In this document: piece after piece, positions 1 to 8,006 of the stretch
Layout of the letters: each line of letters opens with the position of its first letter
Position numbering within the stretch: the stretch's first letter is position 1
Assembly: GCA_965602015.1 (NCBI GenBank)
Contig: OZ271918.1
Location: 3,008,001-3,072,000, forward strand
Origin: Salinispira sp.
GTDB lineage: Bacteria; Spirochaetota; Spirochaetia; DSM-27196; Salinispiraceae
Length of the DNA: 64,000 bases
Reading direction: 5' to 3'
Notes under the pieces: generated by a model
Told to the model about the DNA's origin: nothing
The model's input: only the letters and a program-made list of their open reading frames with translations
Database searches by the model: none
Program-made: the position numbers and the translations under genes

Positions 1-338
1 TCGGCCTCTACCCCGTTGTGTCTGATTGTGGGAATACAGAATGCCTTGAGCAGCTGCTCGATTACGGGAAATTGGGCCTTAAGGTCCTCGGGGGTCTTGT
101 CCCGGGTTTTTTTATACTCGGAATACATTTCATCGCGGAAGGTGGGGGTGCGGCTGTCCAGGCTTACGGCAAGCAGTCCGGGTTCATAATCCTTGAGGAT
201 GCTCAGGAGCACCCGGGTAAACCCGTGAATTGCCGAAACATTAAATCCGTTGGAGGTTAAGAGCGGGCTTCTGATAAAGGCAAAGTAGGCCCGAAAAATG
301 AGGGCATATCCGTCGATGACATAAAGAGGAGTTTTCAT
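1..338 (-). CDS. polA: DNA polymerase I, N-terminal 5'-3' exonuclease domain (partial; runs off window start)
   Basis: Not in the ORF track. Manual minus-strand translation from ATG at 338 gives MKTPLYVIDGYALIFRAYFAF...SAIHGF...DSRTPTFRDEMYSEYKKTR...PEDLKAQFPVIEQLL...GVEAD, the typical PolA 5'-nuclease motifs. Confidence 0.93.
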   Translation of the reverse strand, partial: MKTPLYVIDGYALIFRAYFAFIRSPLLTSNGFNVSAIHGFTRVLLSILKDYEPGLLAVSLDSRTPTFRDEMYSEYKKTRDKTPEDLKAQFPVIEQLLKAFCIPTIRHNGVEA

Positions 339-344
339 AACCAA

Positions 345-373
345 AGAATATGGGCTCGATGCCGTCCTGTCCA
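345..373 (-). promoter_or_regulatory. sigma70-type promoter of polA, probably leaderless
   Basis: TGGACA-N17-TATTCT-N6-ATG; no Shine-Dalgarno. Confidence 0.6.
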
Positions 374-377
374 GAGC

Positions 378-1460
378 TCAGTTGTTTATGTCTCTTGTGC
401 TAAACACCCGGTTTTTCCCGCCTTCCTTTGCCTGATACATCAACTCGTCAGCCGCCTGGATTAACTGGTTTGTCGCGCCGTCTGCCGGGCATTCAACTAC
501 CCCGATACTGCAGCTTATGCTTCGCCCTATTCCGGGGAAGACGTAATCCGCAAAGCTTTTCCGCAAACGCTCCAAAACGACCAGAGCATCTGACAGGCCG
601 GTCATGGAGAGTATCACCATGAATTCATCGCCCCCGTAACGGGAAACCACGTCGCTTTCTCTCAAGTGATCAAGGAGCATCCAGGCATAGTTTTCCAGCA
701 CCGAGTCGCCGACCAGGTGTCCGAACTCGTCGTTTATTGATTTAAAATTATCGACGTCTATTATCGCAAGGCAAAAAATATGGTCGTAGCGCTTACGACG
801 CTGAACCGTTCGCTCAAGCTCTTCAATAAAAAACCGGCGGTTGTACACATCGGTGAGGGGATCGACGATACTCTGCTCAACCAGCTGCAGATGGGTTTCG
901 AACCGGCCCCGGCGGTCCTTTTCCCGAAGAATTCCCAGGGCGATTCCCATAACGGCGAACAAAATGAGCTGCAAGAGCATGTGAAGGGATATACTGTCCC
1001 CGTTTATCCATAGCCCGAGAATAATGGCGATAACCGAAAGGGAAAAAAGCGACACCAGTACGATGGGGCGGTTCCGGAGGATGAGTCCGCTGAGAACGGC
1101 GACAGTCACATACGCGGTCAGTCCGGCGCCGTAACGAAAATCAAGGATGGTCAATGCAACTGCCACCGCTAGCAAAAAAACCATCAGCCCAATCTGCACA
1201 ATGCTTTCTTGCACAATCCGGGCTTCCTTCCCCCGTTTAAGCAGGGCATAGGCCATAGCAAAAAGCCCCCCCGCAACCATCGAAACAAAAATCACCCCGT
1301 AGGACAGGCCGTCTGCGGAGGAGATTTCCCCCGGGGCTCCCAACAGCTGTTCCAGAAGAAAAAAAACTCCGATGCCCGTTATACCGTAAGACAAAAGCAG
1401 AATTCTCTGCCTGTTGTCGTAGAGGAGATCTTTCTGATAATTATGCTTTTCGGGGTTCAT
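378..1460 (-). CDS. Membrane-bound diguanylate cyclase (GGDEF)
   Basis: About 6 hydrophobic helices, then DPLTDVYNRR, DVDNFKSINDEFGHLVGD, I-site RESD and intact RYGGDEF. ATG 1460 is preceded by GGAG. Confidence 0.92.
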   Translation of the reverse strand: MNPEKHNYQKDLLYDNRQRILLLSYGITGIGVFFLLEQLLGAPGEISSADGLSYGVIFVSMVAGGLFAMAYALLKRGKEARIVQESIVQIGLMVFLLAVAVALTILDFRYGAGLTAYVTVAVLSGLILRNRPIVLVSLFSLSVIAIILGLWINGDSISLHMLLQLILFAVMGIALGILREKDRRGRFETHLQLVEQSIVDPLTDVYNRRFFIEELERTVQRRKRYDHIFCLAIIDVDNFKSINDEFGHLVGDSVLENYAWMLLDHLRESDVVSRYGGDEFMVILSMTGLSDALVVLERLRKSFADYVFPGIGRSISCSIGVVECPADGATNQLIQAADELMYQAKEGGKNRVFSTRDINN

Positions 1461-1584
1461 AGACGGCTCCACTTCCAGTTTTAGTCAGCGGAGCGAGGAA
1501 ATCAAGCCTGAGATTTATTTACCGGTATGGGTTAATAAAAGGCCTTACAACCGGGCGTAGGGAAAACGAAGGGCAGGCTGATCT

Positions 1585-2088
1585 TCAGCAGCTTATATCG
1601 ATCATTCCGGGCCCCTTGTCCTTGGCGTAAATCGATTTGGTTCCCTTGGGAATGCGAAGGGCGGCAATTCGGGTTTTAAGTTCGTCGCGCTGGCGGCCCA
1701 GGAGCTCCCGGTTGAGGCGGTTTCGCTCGAGAACCTGCTCGCGCAGATTTTCGAGACTGGACTGCAGCTGGGTAATCTCTTCTTTTCGACGGGGATATGC
1801 CTTCTGATACATATCATCAAGTGGCGCGACAACTTTCTGTACCGATAGAATTTCCCGGACGATTTGCTGCTCCATAACGGCCTGGGCCTCCAGAGCATCG
1901 ACATTGCCGTCGCTGATGGCAGTCTCCTGCTTCTCGAGAACCGTCAGGTATTCACGGAATTTATTTCGCTGGATTTCAAGCATCTGCCGGAACCGTTTGA
2001 GAAGGGCCACCCGCTCTTCGATCTGACGATCGCTCAGGTCCAGAACGTTTTCCGCTGCGCTTTTGCGTTTTTCCATGGTACTCAGCAT
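1585..2088 (-). CDS. flgN: FlgN-like flagellar export chaperone
   Basis: All-helical coiled-coil protein downstream of fliS, with its own sigma28 promoter; GGAGGAG before ATG 2088. Confidence 0.7.
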   Translation of the reverse strand: MLSTMEKRKSAAENVLDLSDRQIEERVALLKRFRQMLEIQRNKFREYLTVLEKQETAISDGNVDALEAQAVMEQQIVREILSVQKVVAPLDDMYQKAYPRRKEEITQLQSSLENLREQVLERNRLNRELLGRQRDELKTRIAALRIPKGTKSIYAKDKGPGMIDISC

Positions 2089-2132
2089 AACTCCTCCCGT
2101 CTCATCAGGCAACGTGCGCCTATTCTTTAAGA

Positions 2133-2159
2133 ATATCGGCGGGAGAATTCCATTGTTGA
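2133..2159 (-). promoter_or_regulatory. sigma28 (FliA) promoter of flgN
   Basis: TCAA-N15-GCCGATAT against consensus TAAA-N15-GCCGATAA. Confidence 0.75.
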
Positions 2160-2171
2160 GCTCTATGCACG

Positions 2172-2201
2172 AAAAAACCCGCATGCTTGCGGGCCTTTTT
2201 T
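2172..2201 (-). terminator. Intrinsic terminator after fliS
   Basis: CCCGCA-agca-TGCGGG hairpin followed by T6, with an A-tract on the other side. Confidence 0.75.
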
Positions 2202-2235
2202 GATTCAGAATTGAAGAGGCTTTGCGGAAATTCCC

Positions 2236-2667
2236 CTACCCGGCGATGTTCACTCCGCCGCCTTGATCGTCACGCCGTTCGACGCTGGTCTTGCCGGCAA
2301 TTTGGTTCCAGGCCTCGCGTATTTCACTCATCATGTCCCGGACCTGGAGAACAGGTTCGCTGCTCTTTTTGAGATTTCCTTCCATCAGGCGTTCATTAAA
2401 CCACTGGTAGAGGGAAAACATCTGGTTGGCAAATTCACCGCCCTGTTCCATATCGAGGGAAACCATCAGCTCGGTCACAATGTCCCGGGCCTTGGATATG
2501 GCGTTATTGACCTGGTCCAGTTGTTTGGATTTTTTTTCTATCAGATCCACCGCAATATTGAGCTGCTTTATCGCCTCGTCATACAGCATCACGATGATGC
2601 GGCCCTGGGAGGCGGTTTTCACCTTTGTTTCTTTATATGCGTTTGTCTGATAGTTGGTCATGGGCAT
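2236..2667 (-). CDS. fliS: Flagellin chaperone FliS
   Basis: AYKETKVKTASQGRIIVMLYDEAI...ARDIVTELMVSLDMEQGGE...LYQW...IREAW are FliS signatures. Confidence 0.96.
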   Translation of the reverse strand: MPMTNYQTNAYKETKVKTASQGRIIVMLYDEAIKQLNIAVDLIEKKSKQLDQVNNAISKARDIVTELMVSLDMEQGGEFANQMFSLYQWFNERLMEGNLKKSSEPVLQVRDMMSEIREAWNQIAGKTSVERRDDQGGGVNIAG

Positions 2668-2689
2668 GCTTGCCTCTCCTTTTTCTGCA

Positions 2690-2716
2690 GTATCGGCCTA
2701 ACGGGCATTATCCATA
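2690..2716 (-). promoter_or_regulatory. Possible sigma28 promoter of fliS
   Basis: TATG-N15-GCCGATAC; good -10, weaker -35. Confidence 0.55.
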
Positions 2717-5025
2717 AGGGTGGTAACCGGGACGATATCGTAACCCAGCTCAAGTAAATTATTGATGAGGATATCCAAATTTTTATACAAGTAGTCTTCC
2801 CTGCCGCCGTCCTGGCGGTCGCTGGCCGGTGTGCCCACCGTCATACTTATTATAGATCCCGGTTTTTTTAATTCGATAATTCGTTCTATGAGCTGCGCAG
2901 ATGGATAGTACAATCGAGAAATCCCATTATCATCGCGGGTGGGTACCCAGTCAAGACTGTCGACATCCCTTCCGATGTATGTGTAGTTCATATTTTGGCT
3001 CGCAGCGATGATTTCGGGACTGACGAAGTAATAAGGCGCATGCCACAGCAAAGACAGCTCCTCCCCGGTCAGTTCGAAGTACTCGTCCTCGTTCGCGGCC
3101 AGTCCCTGGCGGATAAAATCCCGGGTCACCTGGAATCGTGAATCGCTCATATTGAAATAGATATTAAATAGGGATCCCACTTCGTGCCCGCTTTGGGCAA
3201 TTTCCCTGGTCGCGCCGGGGTATCGGCGGATGAAGTCGCCGTTCACAAAAAACGTTGCCCGTACATCGTAGTCTTCCAGGGTGTTGAGAATATCCGAGAG
3301 CCCTTCGGCGGAATCAATGGCGTTAAATACCATGCTGACCTCCCGGCGCCGGATTCTCGATCCGTGCCGGAATGTGGTAAAGCTCACCTCTTCATCCCTG
3401 GAGGGGAAGGGCTCATAGGATTTTACCGGCGGGTTGAACATGCTGATGGTGCCCAGGGCATCGGAGCTCCGCTGCATTCTCCTGATCATTATCATGTTCT
3501 GATAGCTTCCTGAGCTCAGGTTCTGGAGATAAACCCGGTAGTCTTCAGCGGCGACACTAAAGGCTTCGATGGCAAAGCTGTCACGCTGGAACCACCTGCC
3601 GGTTTCCAGATCGTACTCCTGTATGGTATCGCCGGTCTGCAGGAGTATTTCCCCGTTTGAACTGCTGAACCCCGCAGAATCCGCCCGGGAAAACGCGATA
3701 AAGCGTCGGGAATCGTCATCGGTGTTGACCAGCTCGATAATATCCGATCCGGCTACAATAATTTCCGAGCCGTTTACATAGAGCACGTGAAGGGGATTGG
3801 GGTGACTGACGCTTTTTTCGACGCTCCAGTCGGCGACGTTGTACAGTTCAACGCTGCCGTCAGTCAGAAGGGCAATGCTTGCCTCGTCGGGGCTCAAAAC
3901 CATCGAACGCACATTTCCCGTTTCCAACTCGTTAAAATCGTACTGTTCAGCCTGACGGGACATATCCAGCCGATACAACGTGGTATTTCGCTGACCGGAA
4001 AACACCCCTTCCACAAGAAGTGTCACCAGACCTTCGCTTGTCCACAGGACCTCCTGAACTCCGGCATTGCGCGGAAGAAAGAGGTAGGGAAGCTGAAGGG
4101 TACTCCGGGAATCGGCGAATTCGTCGGTCTGCAAAAAATAGAGGTAAATATTTCGTCCGCCCTTGTCCAGGAGCACCTGGGTTCCGTCGGGAGAAATCCA
4201 GAATCTGTCGAAATTCGGATCGAACAGAAAGGGTATTTTTCCGACGATACGCCCGATCCTCAGGAATTCCTGATAGAGCGACCGGGTAAAAAATTCAACG
4301 CCGAGAATCTGATACACCACCGTCCCGGAAATGTAATAGAGCTCGTTGTCCCGGCCCCACCGGATGCTGGAGAGCTGTCCGTCGCCGATTTTGCGGAAAT
4401 CCTCGCTGAGCAGCCTGTTGCTCTCGAACTGGTCCACCGAGAAGTAATACAGTTCGTTGGCTTTCTGGTAGATAAAAAAGTCCGACTCGGGGCTCCATGC
4501 CACCGGAAGGCTGTCAAGATTCAGCTCGACCCGGCGGCTGATTACCGTCCGGCTCGAGTCGGAGAATCGGGTCAGCACCAGATTTCCCAGAGCCGGGGTC
4601 TGGGGTTCGAATGAGATCATGTACCGGCCGTCGGGACTGACATCGACGGGGCTTATTTTGCCGGTGAGGATATCAGATCCGCCGACAAAACTCGCAAAGC
4701 CCTCCAGAGGCGCGATGTTTTCGAGGTCGCTGTTAGTTCGGAACAAGCCGAAACGGTTGTGGATTTGAAGCTGGCCCGAACTCGAAAGGTATGCGACCCG
4801 CTCGGGAAAAAAGCTGAGCTGGGTAATATCAATGTCCGCCCCGTCATTCCTGATGGCGGCGGTGAATGCAGTGCTGTATGTCCGAAATTCCGGCGCATGT
4901 ACCTCCGCCTCGAAAAGCGTGCGGTTCTCGTCGTTAATGGTCAGATCGGTAAACTCGACCTCCGCGACGGCGAGACCGGAAATCAGCGCCGACAGCATGA
5001 GGGAAAGCAGCATTATTCGTTTCAA
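2698..5025 (-). CDS. Exported protein: beta-propeller-like region plus C-terminal NodB/polysaccharide deacetylase-like domain (catalytically degenerate)
   Basis: Signal peptide (KRIMLLSLML...AVA), SPDG/WSP propeller-type motifs, C-terminal ATFFVNG...GHEVGS...APY...DSLDW. Start is TTG 5025 or ATG 5013; the track start at 5130 lies upstream of the promoter. Confidence 0.8.
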   Translation of the reverse strand: MKRIMLLSLMLSALISGLAVAEVEFTDLTINDENRTLFEAEVHAPEFRTYSTAFTAAIRNDGADIDITQLSFFPERVAYLSSSGQLQIHNRFGLFRTNSDLENIAPLEGFASFVGGSDILTGKISPVDVSPDGRYMISFEPQTPALGNLVLTRFSDSSRTVISRRVELNLDSLPVAWSPESDFFIYQKANELYYFSVDQFESNRLLSEDFRKIGDGQLSSIRWGRDNELYYISGTVVYQILGVEFFTRSLYQEFLRIGRIVGKIPFLFDPNFDRFWISPDGTQVLLDKGGRNIYLYFLQTDEFADSRSTLQLPYLFLPRNAGVQEVLWTSEGLVTLLVEGVFSGQRNTTLYRLDMSRQAEQYDFNELETGNVRSMVLSPDEASIALLTDGSVELYNVADWSVEKSVSHPNPLHVLYVNGSEIIVAGSDIIELVNTDDDSRRFIAFSRADSAGFSSSNGEILLQTGDTIQEYDLETGRWFQRDSFAIEAFSVAAEDYRVYLQNLSSGSYQNMIMIRRMQRSSDALGTISMFNPPVKSYEPFPSRDEEVSFTTFRHGSRIRRREVSMVFNAIDSAEGLSDILNTLEDYDVRATFFVNGDFIRRYPGATREIAQSGHEVGSLFNIYFNMSDSRFQVTRDFIRQGLAANEDEYFELTGEELSLLWHAPYYFVSPEIIAASQNMNYTYIGRDVDSLDWVPTRDDNGISRLYYPSAQLIERIIELKKPGSIISMTVGTPASDRQDGGREDYLYKNLDILINNLLELGYDIVPVTTLMDNAR

Positions 5026-5056
5026 AATACCTACCCCGCTTCTATTTTCTCTTTGA

Positions 5057-5083
5057 TTATCGGCAGGCCGGAGGAAGAGTTGA
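5057..5083 (-). promoter_or_regulatory. sigma28 promoter of the deacetylase-like gene
   Basis: TCAA-N15-GCCGATAA, with a perfect -10 element. Confidence 0.75.
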
Positions 5084-5138
5084 GGACAGATTTGAAAAAA
5101 ACGGAGGGAATCGCCGGGCGGGACTGACAATCCGCGGT

Positions 5139-5318
5139 TTAGACAGATTGACGACTGGCCAGAAATTCGTCCAGTTCGCGCTCCAGGGCTTCGAGCTTCT
5201 TGAGGGAGTTGTCGAGCCGGAGCAGGTTGTGTTGACGGCGGCGCTCTTCGATTTCCCTGAGGCTGACATCGACAATTTCTTCGAGATCCAGAACTGTGGC
5301 TTCCTCGTTACCTGCCAT
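5139..5318 (-). CDS. Small 59-aa coiled-coil hypothetical protein
   Basis: Not in the ORF track. MAGNEEATVLDLEEIVDVSLREIEERRRQHNLLRLDNSLKKLEALERELDEFLASRQSV; fills the intergenic gap; TATAAT 7 nt upstream. Confidence 0.65.
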   Translation of the reverse strand: MAGNEEATVLDLEEIVDVSLREIEERRRQHNLLRLDNSLKKLEALERELDEFLASRQSV

Positions 5319-5359
5319 GGCGTTAATTATAATCCCTCATACTCTTTTCGGCGAATTTT

Positions 5360-6679
5360 TCACAATAATTCAGCGGCAAGCTCAGCAAGAGTGCTGCGCT
5401 CAGATCGTTCCAGGGTTATGTGCCCCGACAGCTGCTGAGATTTAAATGCTTCCACCAGGTAGCTCAAACCATTCGAACTTGAATCGAGATATGGGGAGTC
5501 GATCTGATAGGGATCTCCGGTGAGAACCACCTTGCTGCCCTCCCCTGCACGGCTGACAATGGTTTTTATCTCATGCGGAGAGAGGTTTTGGGCTTCATCG
5601 ATAATGATGTACTGGCTGGGGAGGCTGCGGCCCCGAATATAGGACAGGGCCTCAAGCTCGATTACCTTGCTGTTCATCAGATGATCCAGATTTTTGATGT
5701 TTTGCCGCTTGTACACCGAAAGTATGTACTCCAGGTTATCAAAAAGGGGCTGCATCCAATGGCTGAGTTTTTCATCCTTGGCCCCGGGGAGAAATCCGAT
5801 GTCTTTTCCCATGGGTATTACGGGCCTGCTGACCAAAACCCTGCTGTAGGTTTTATCTTCCATGGTGAGCTTTAAGCCGGCGGCTATGGCCAGCAGGGTT
5901 TTGCCTGTGCCCGCCTTGCCGACCAGGCTTACCAGTTGGACGTCGGGATCGAGCAAGAGGTCCAGGGCCATGCGCTGCTGATGGTTCAGCGGACGCACCC
6001 CGGCAATCGCCGGCATTTTGTAATCGACCAGCTTGAGAATTCCCCTCTTTGCAATAAACCGCGCCAGAAGTTCCTCGTCGGGGTTGTTCGCCGACGTCGA
6101 ACTGTGCATTACAAAGAAGAAATTGGGCGGCAGGGTTTCATGCCATGGAATCTCCTCGTCCTGCTCCAGGGCCCGAAGGGTGTCGGCGGAACTCTCGATT
6201 TGGCCATATCCCGAATAGAGCTTCGAAATATTTATTTTTTGTTTTTCGTAGTCCACTGCTCGAATGCCCAGGGCAGTGGCCTTTACCCGCGCGTTGATAT
6301 CCTTCGACACGAAGAAAACATGCCCCCCCGCCTGTTTGATTTCATAGGCAGCGAGAATGATCTTGTTATCCATTTTGTCCTGAAGGATGCCCGCAGGGAC
6401 GTTCTCCGTGTGAGTCAGCTTGACCTTGAGAATGCTCCCGTTATCCAGCTTGACGCCTTCGGACAGGTCGCCGTTCCTGCTGCATTCGTCGAGAAAGCGG
6501 ATGGCATGGCGGGCATTCCGGCCCCGTTCATCGCTGTAGGTTTTGAGCTTATCCAACTCCTCGAGAACCCACAGGGGAATAATCACCTCGTTATCCCGGA
6601 AACTCATAATGGCGTCGGGACGGTGTATGAGTACGTTGGTATCGATTACGAAGGATTTAACCGGAACTTTGTCGGGCAT
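5360..6679 (-). CDS. PIN-PhoH family protein (PhoH2-type PIN nuclease/ATPase)
   Basis: PIN motif VIDTNVLIH...VLEELD...DNKI...SKDIN; PhoH Walker A GKAGTGKT, GFLPG, IRGRS, IIDEAQN, GDPYQID. Confidence 0.93.
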   Translation of the reverse strand: MPDKVPVKSFVIDTNVLIHRPDAIMSFRDNEVIIPLWVLEELDKLKTYSDERGRNARHAIRFLDECSRNGDLSEGVKLDNGSILKVKLTHTENVPAGILQDKMDNKIILAAYEIKQAGGHVFFVSKDINARVKATALGIRAVDYEKQKINISKLYSGYGQIESSADTLRALEQDEEIPWHETLPPNFFFVMHSSTSANNPDEELLARFIAKRGILKLVDYKMPAIAGVRPLNHQQRMALDLLLDPDVQLVSLVGKAGTGKTLLAIAAGLKLTMEDKTYSRVLVSRPVIPMGKDIGFLPGAKDEKLSHWMQPLFDNLEYILSVYKRQNIKNLDHLMNSKVIELEALSYIRGRSLPSQYIIIDEAQNLSPHEIKTIVSRAGEGSKVVLTGDPYQIDSPYLDSSSNGLSYLVEAFKSQQLSGHITLERSERSTLAELAAELL

Positions 6680-6765
6680 GGCGGCTCCTTGGGGGCGTAC
6701 GGGATTCCTTCTACCAGTATAAGAGCTTGTCAGCCGGGCTTCTACTAATTAGATTAGATTCATCA

Positions 6766-7992
6766 ATGAAAGATTTGCAAAAACGCATACGGAACCTGGC
6801 GGCGGCTTACTCGGCCGACGGCATTGAACTGCGAAGACAGCTTCACCGTCACCCCGAGCTCTCGTTTCACGAGTACGAAACGTCAAAATTCATCGCCACT
6901 ACTCTCGAAAACATGAACATCGCCTACCGGCGGATGACCGGCCCCGACGGAAACGGTACGGGTATAGTTGCGGACATCATCGGTCAGGCGGAGAAACCTC
7001 CGGGCATCTCCAAGGCGCCGGTCGTCGCCCTGAGGGCGGACATGGACGCCCTGCCGGTAAGCGAATTAAACGATATAGACTTTCGAAGCCGGAATCCCGG
7101 GGTGATGCACGCATGCGGGCATGATGTCCACACGGCGGTGCTGCTTAGCACCGCCCGTATTCTCAAGGAACTTGAGGAAGATTTCCACGGCAGTTTCCGC
7201 CTGATTTTTCAGCCTGGCGAGGAGAAAAGCCCCGGCGGCGCGATTCCCCTCATCGAACAGGGCGCCCTGGAAGGGGTTGACCGCATTCTCGGTGAACACA
7301 TAAATCCGGCCCTTCCCGCCGGCAGCGTGGGATTCCGTCCGGGGCTCATGATGGCCAGTGCGGACGAAATTTACCTGACCGTCAGGGGCGTAGGCGGACA
7401 TGCCGCCGGTCCGCACAAGCTGGTGGACCCGGTACTTATCGCCAGTCACATCATCGTCGCCCTCCAGCAGATTGTCAGCAGACGGGCGGATCCGGAAGTG
7501 CCGAGCGTGCTCAGCTTCGGGCGGGTAATCGCCGACGGTGCGATGAATGTAATTCCCGCGGCGGTTGAAGTGGCCGGCACCTTCCGGACAGTAGACGAAA
7601 CCTGGCGGGCGGAAGCCCTGCATACCCTGCGCGAGCTGTCGCAGACCCTCGCCCGCGGAATGGGCGGAAGCTGCGAGGTGGAGATCATCAACGGATATCC
7701 CGTGTTGGAAAATGATCCGGCTCTGACAGCCCGCAGCCGGCAGGCCGCCGTTGCCTACCTCGGCGAGGACCGTATCCAGGACCTGCCCCTGGTAATGTGG
7801 GCCGAGGATTTTGCCTATTACAATCGAAAGGTTCCCGGGTGTTTCTACAACCTGGGTGTTGCCAACCTGGAACGGGGTTGGACCAGTCCCCTTCACAGTC
7901 CCACCCTCATGGTGGACGAGTCAGCAATTGAGACCGGAAGCGGTCTGATGGCCTATCTGGCGTTGAGTGAATTGCAGGCCCTTGTCAAATAA
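6766..7992 (+). CDS. M20D amidohydrolase
   Basis: RRQLHRHPELSFHE, LRADMDALP, MHACGHDVH, FQPGEE, GGHAAGPH, AEDF. Confidence 0.93.
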   Translation: MKDLQKRIRNLAAAYSADGIELRRQLHRHPELSFHEYETSKFIATTLENMNIAYRRMTGPDGNGTGIVADIIGQAEKPPGISKAPVVALRADMDALPVSELNDIDFRSRNPGVMHACGHDVHTAVLLSTARILKELEEDFHGSFRLIFQPGEEKSPGGAIPLIEQGALEGVDRILGEHINPALPAGSVGFRPGLMMASADEIYLTVRGVGGHAAGPHKLVDPVLIASHIIVALQQIVSRRADPEVPSVLSFGRVIADGAMNVIPAAVEVAGTFRTVDETWRAEALHTLRELSQTLARGMGGSCEVEIINGYPVLENDPALTARSRQAAVAYLGEDRIQDLPLVMWAEDFAYYNRKVPGCFYNLGVANLERGWTSPLHSPTLMVDESAIETGSGLMAYLALSELQALVK

Positions 7993-8006
7993 GGTACCCT
8001 GACCAG

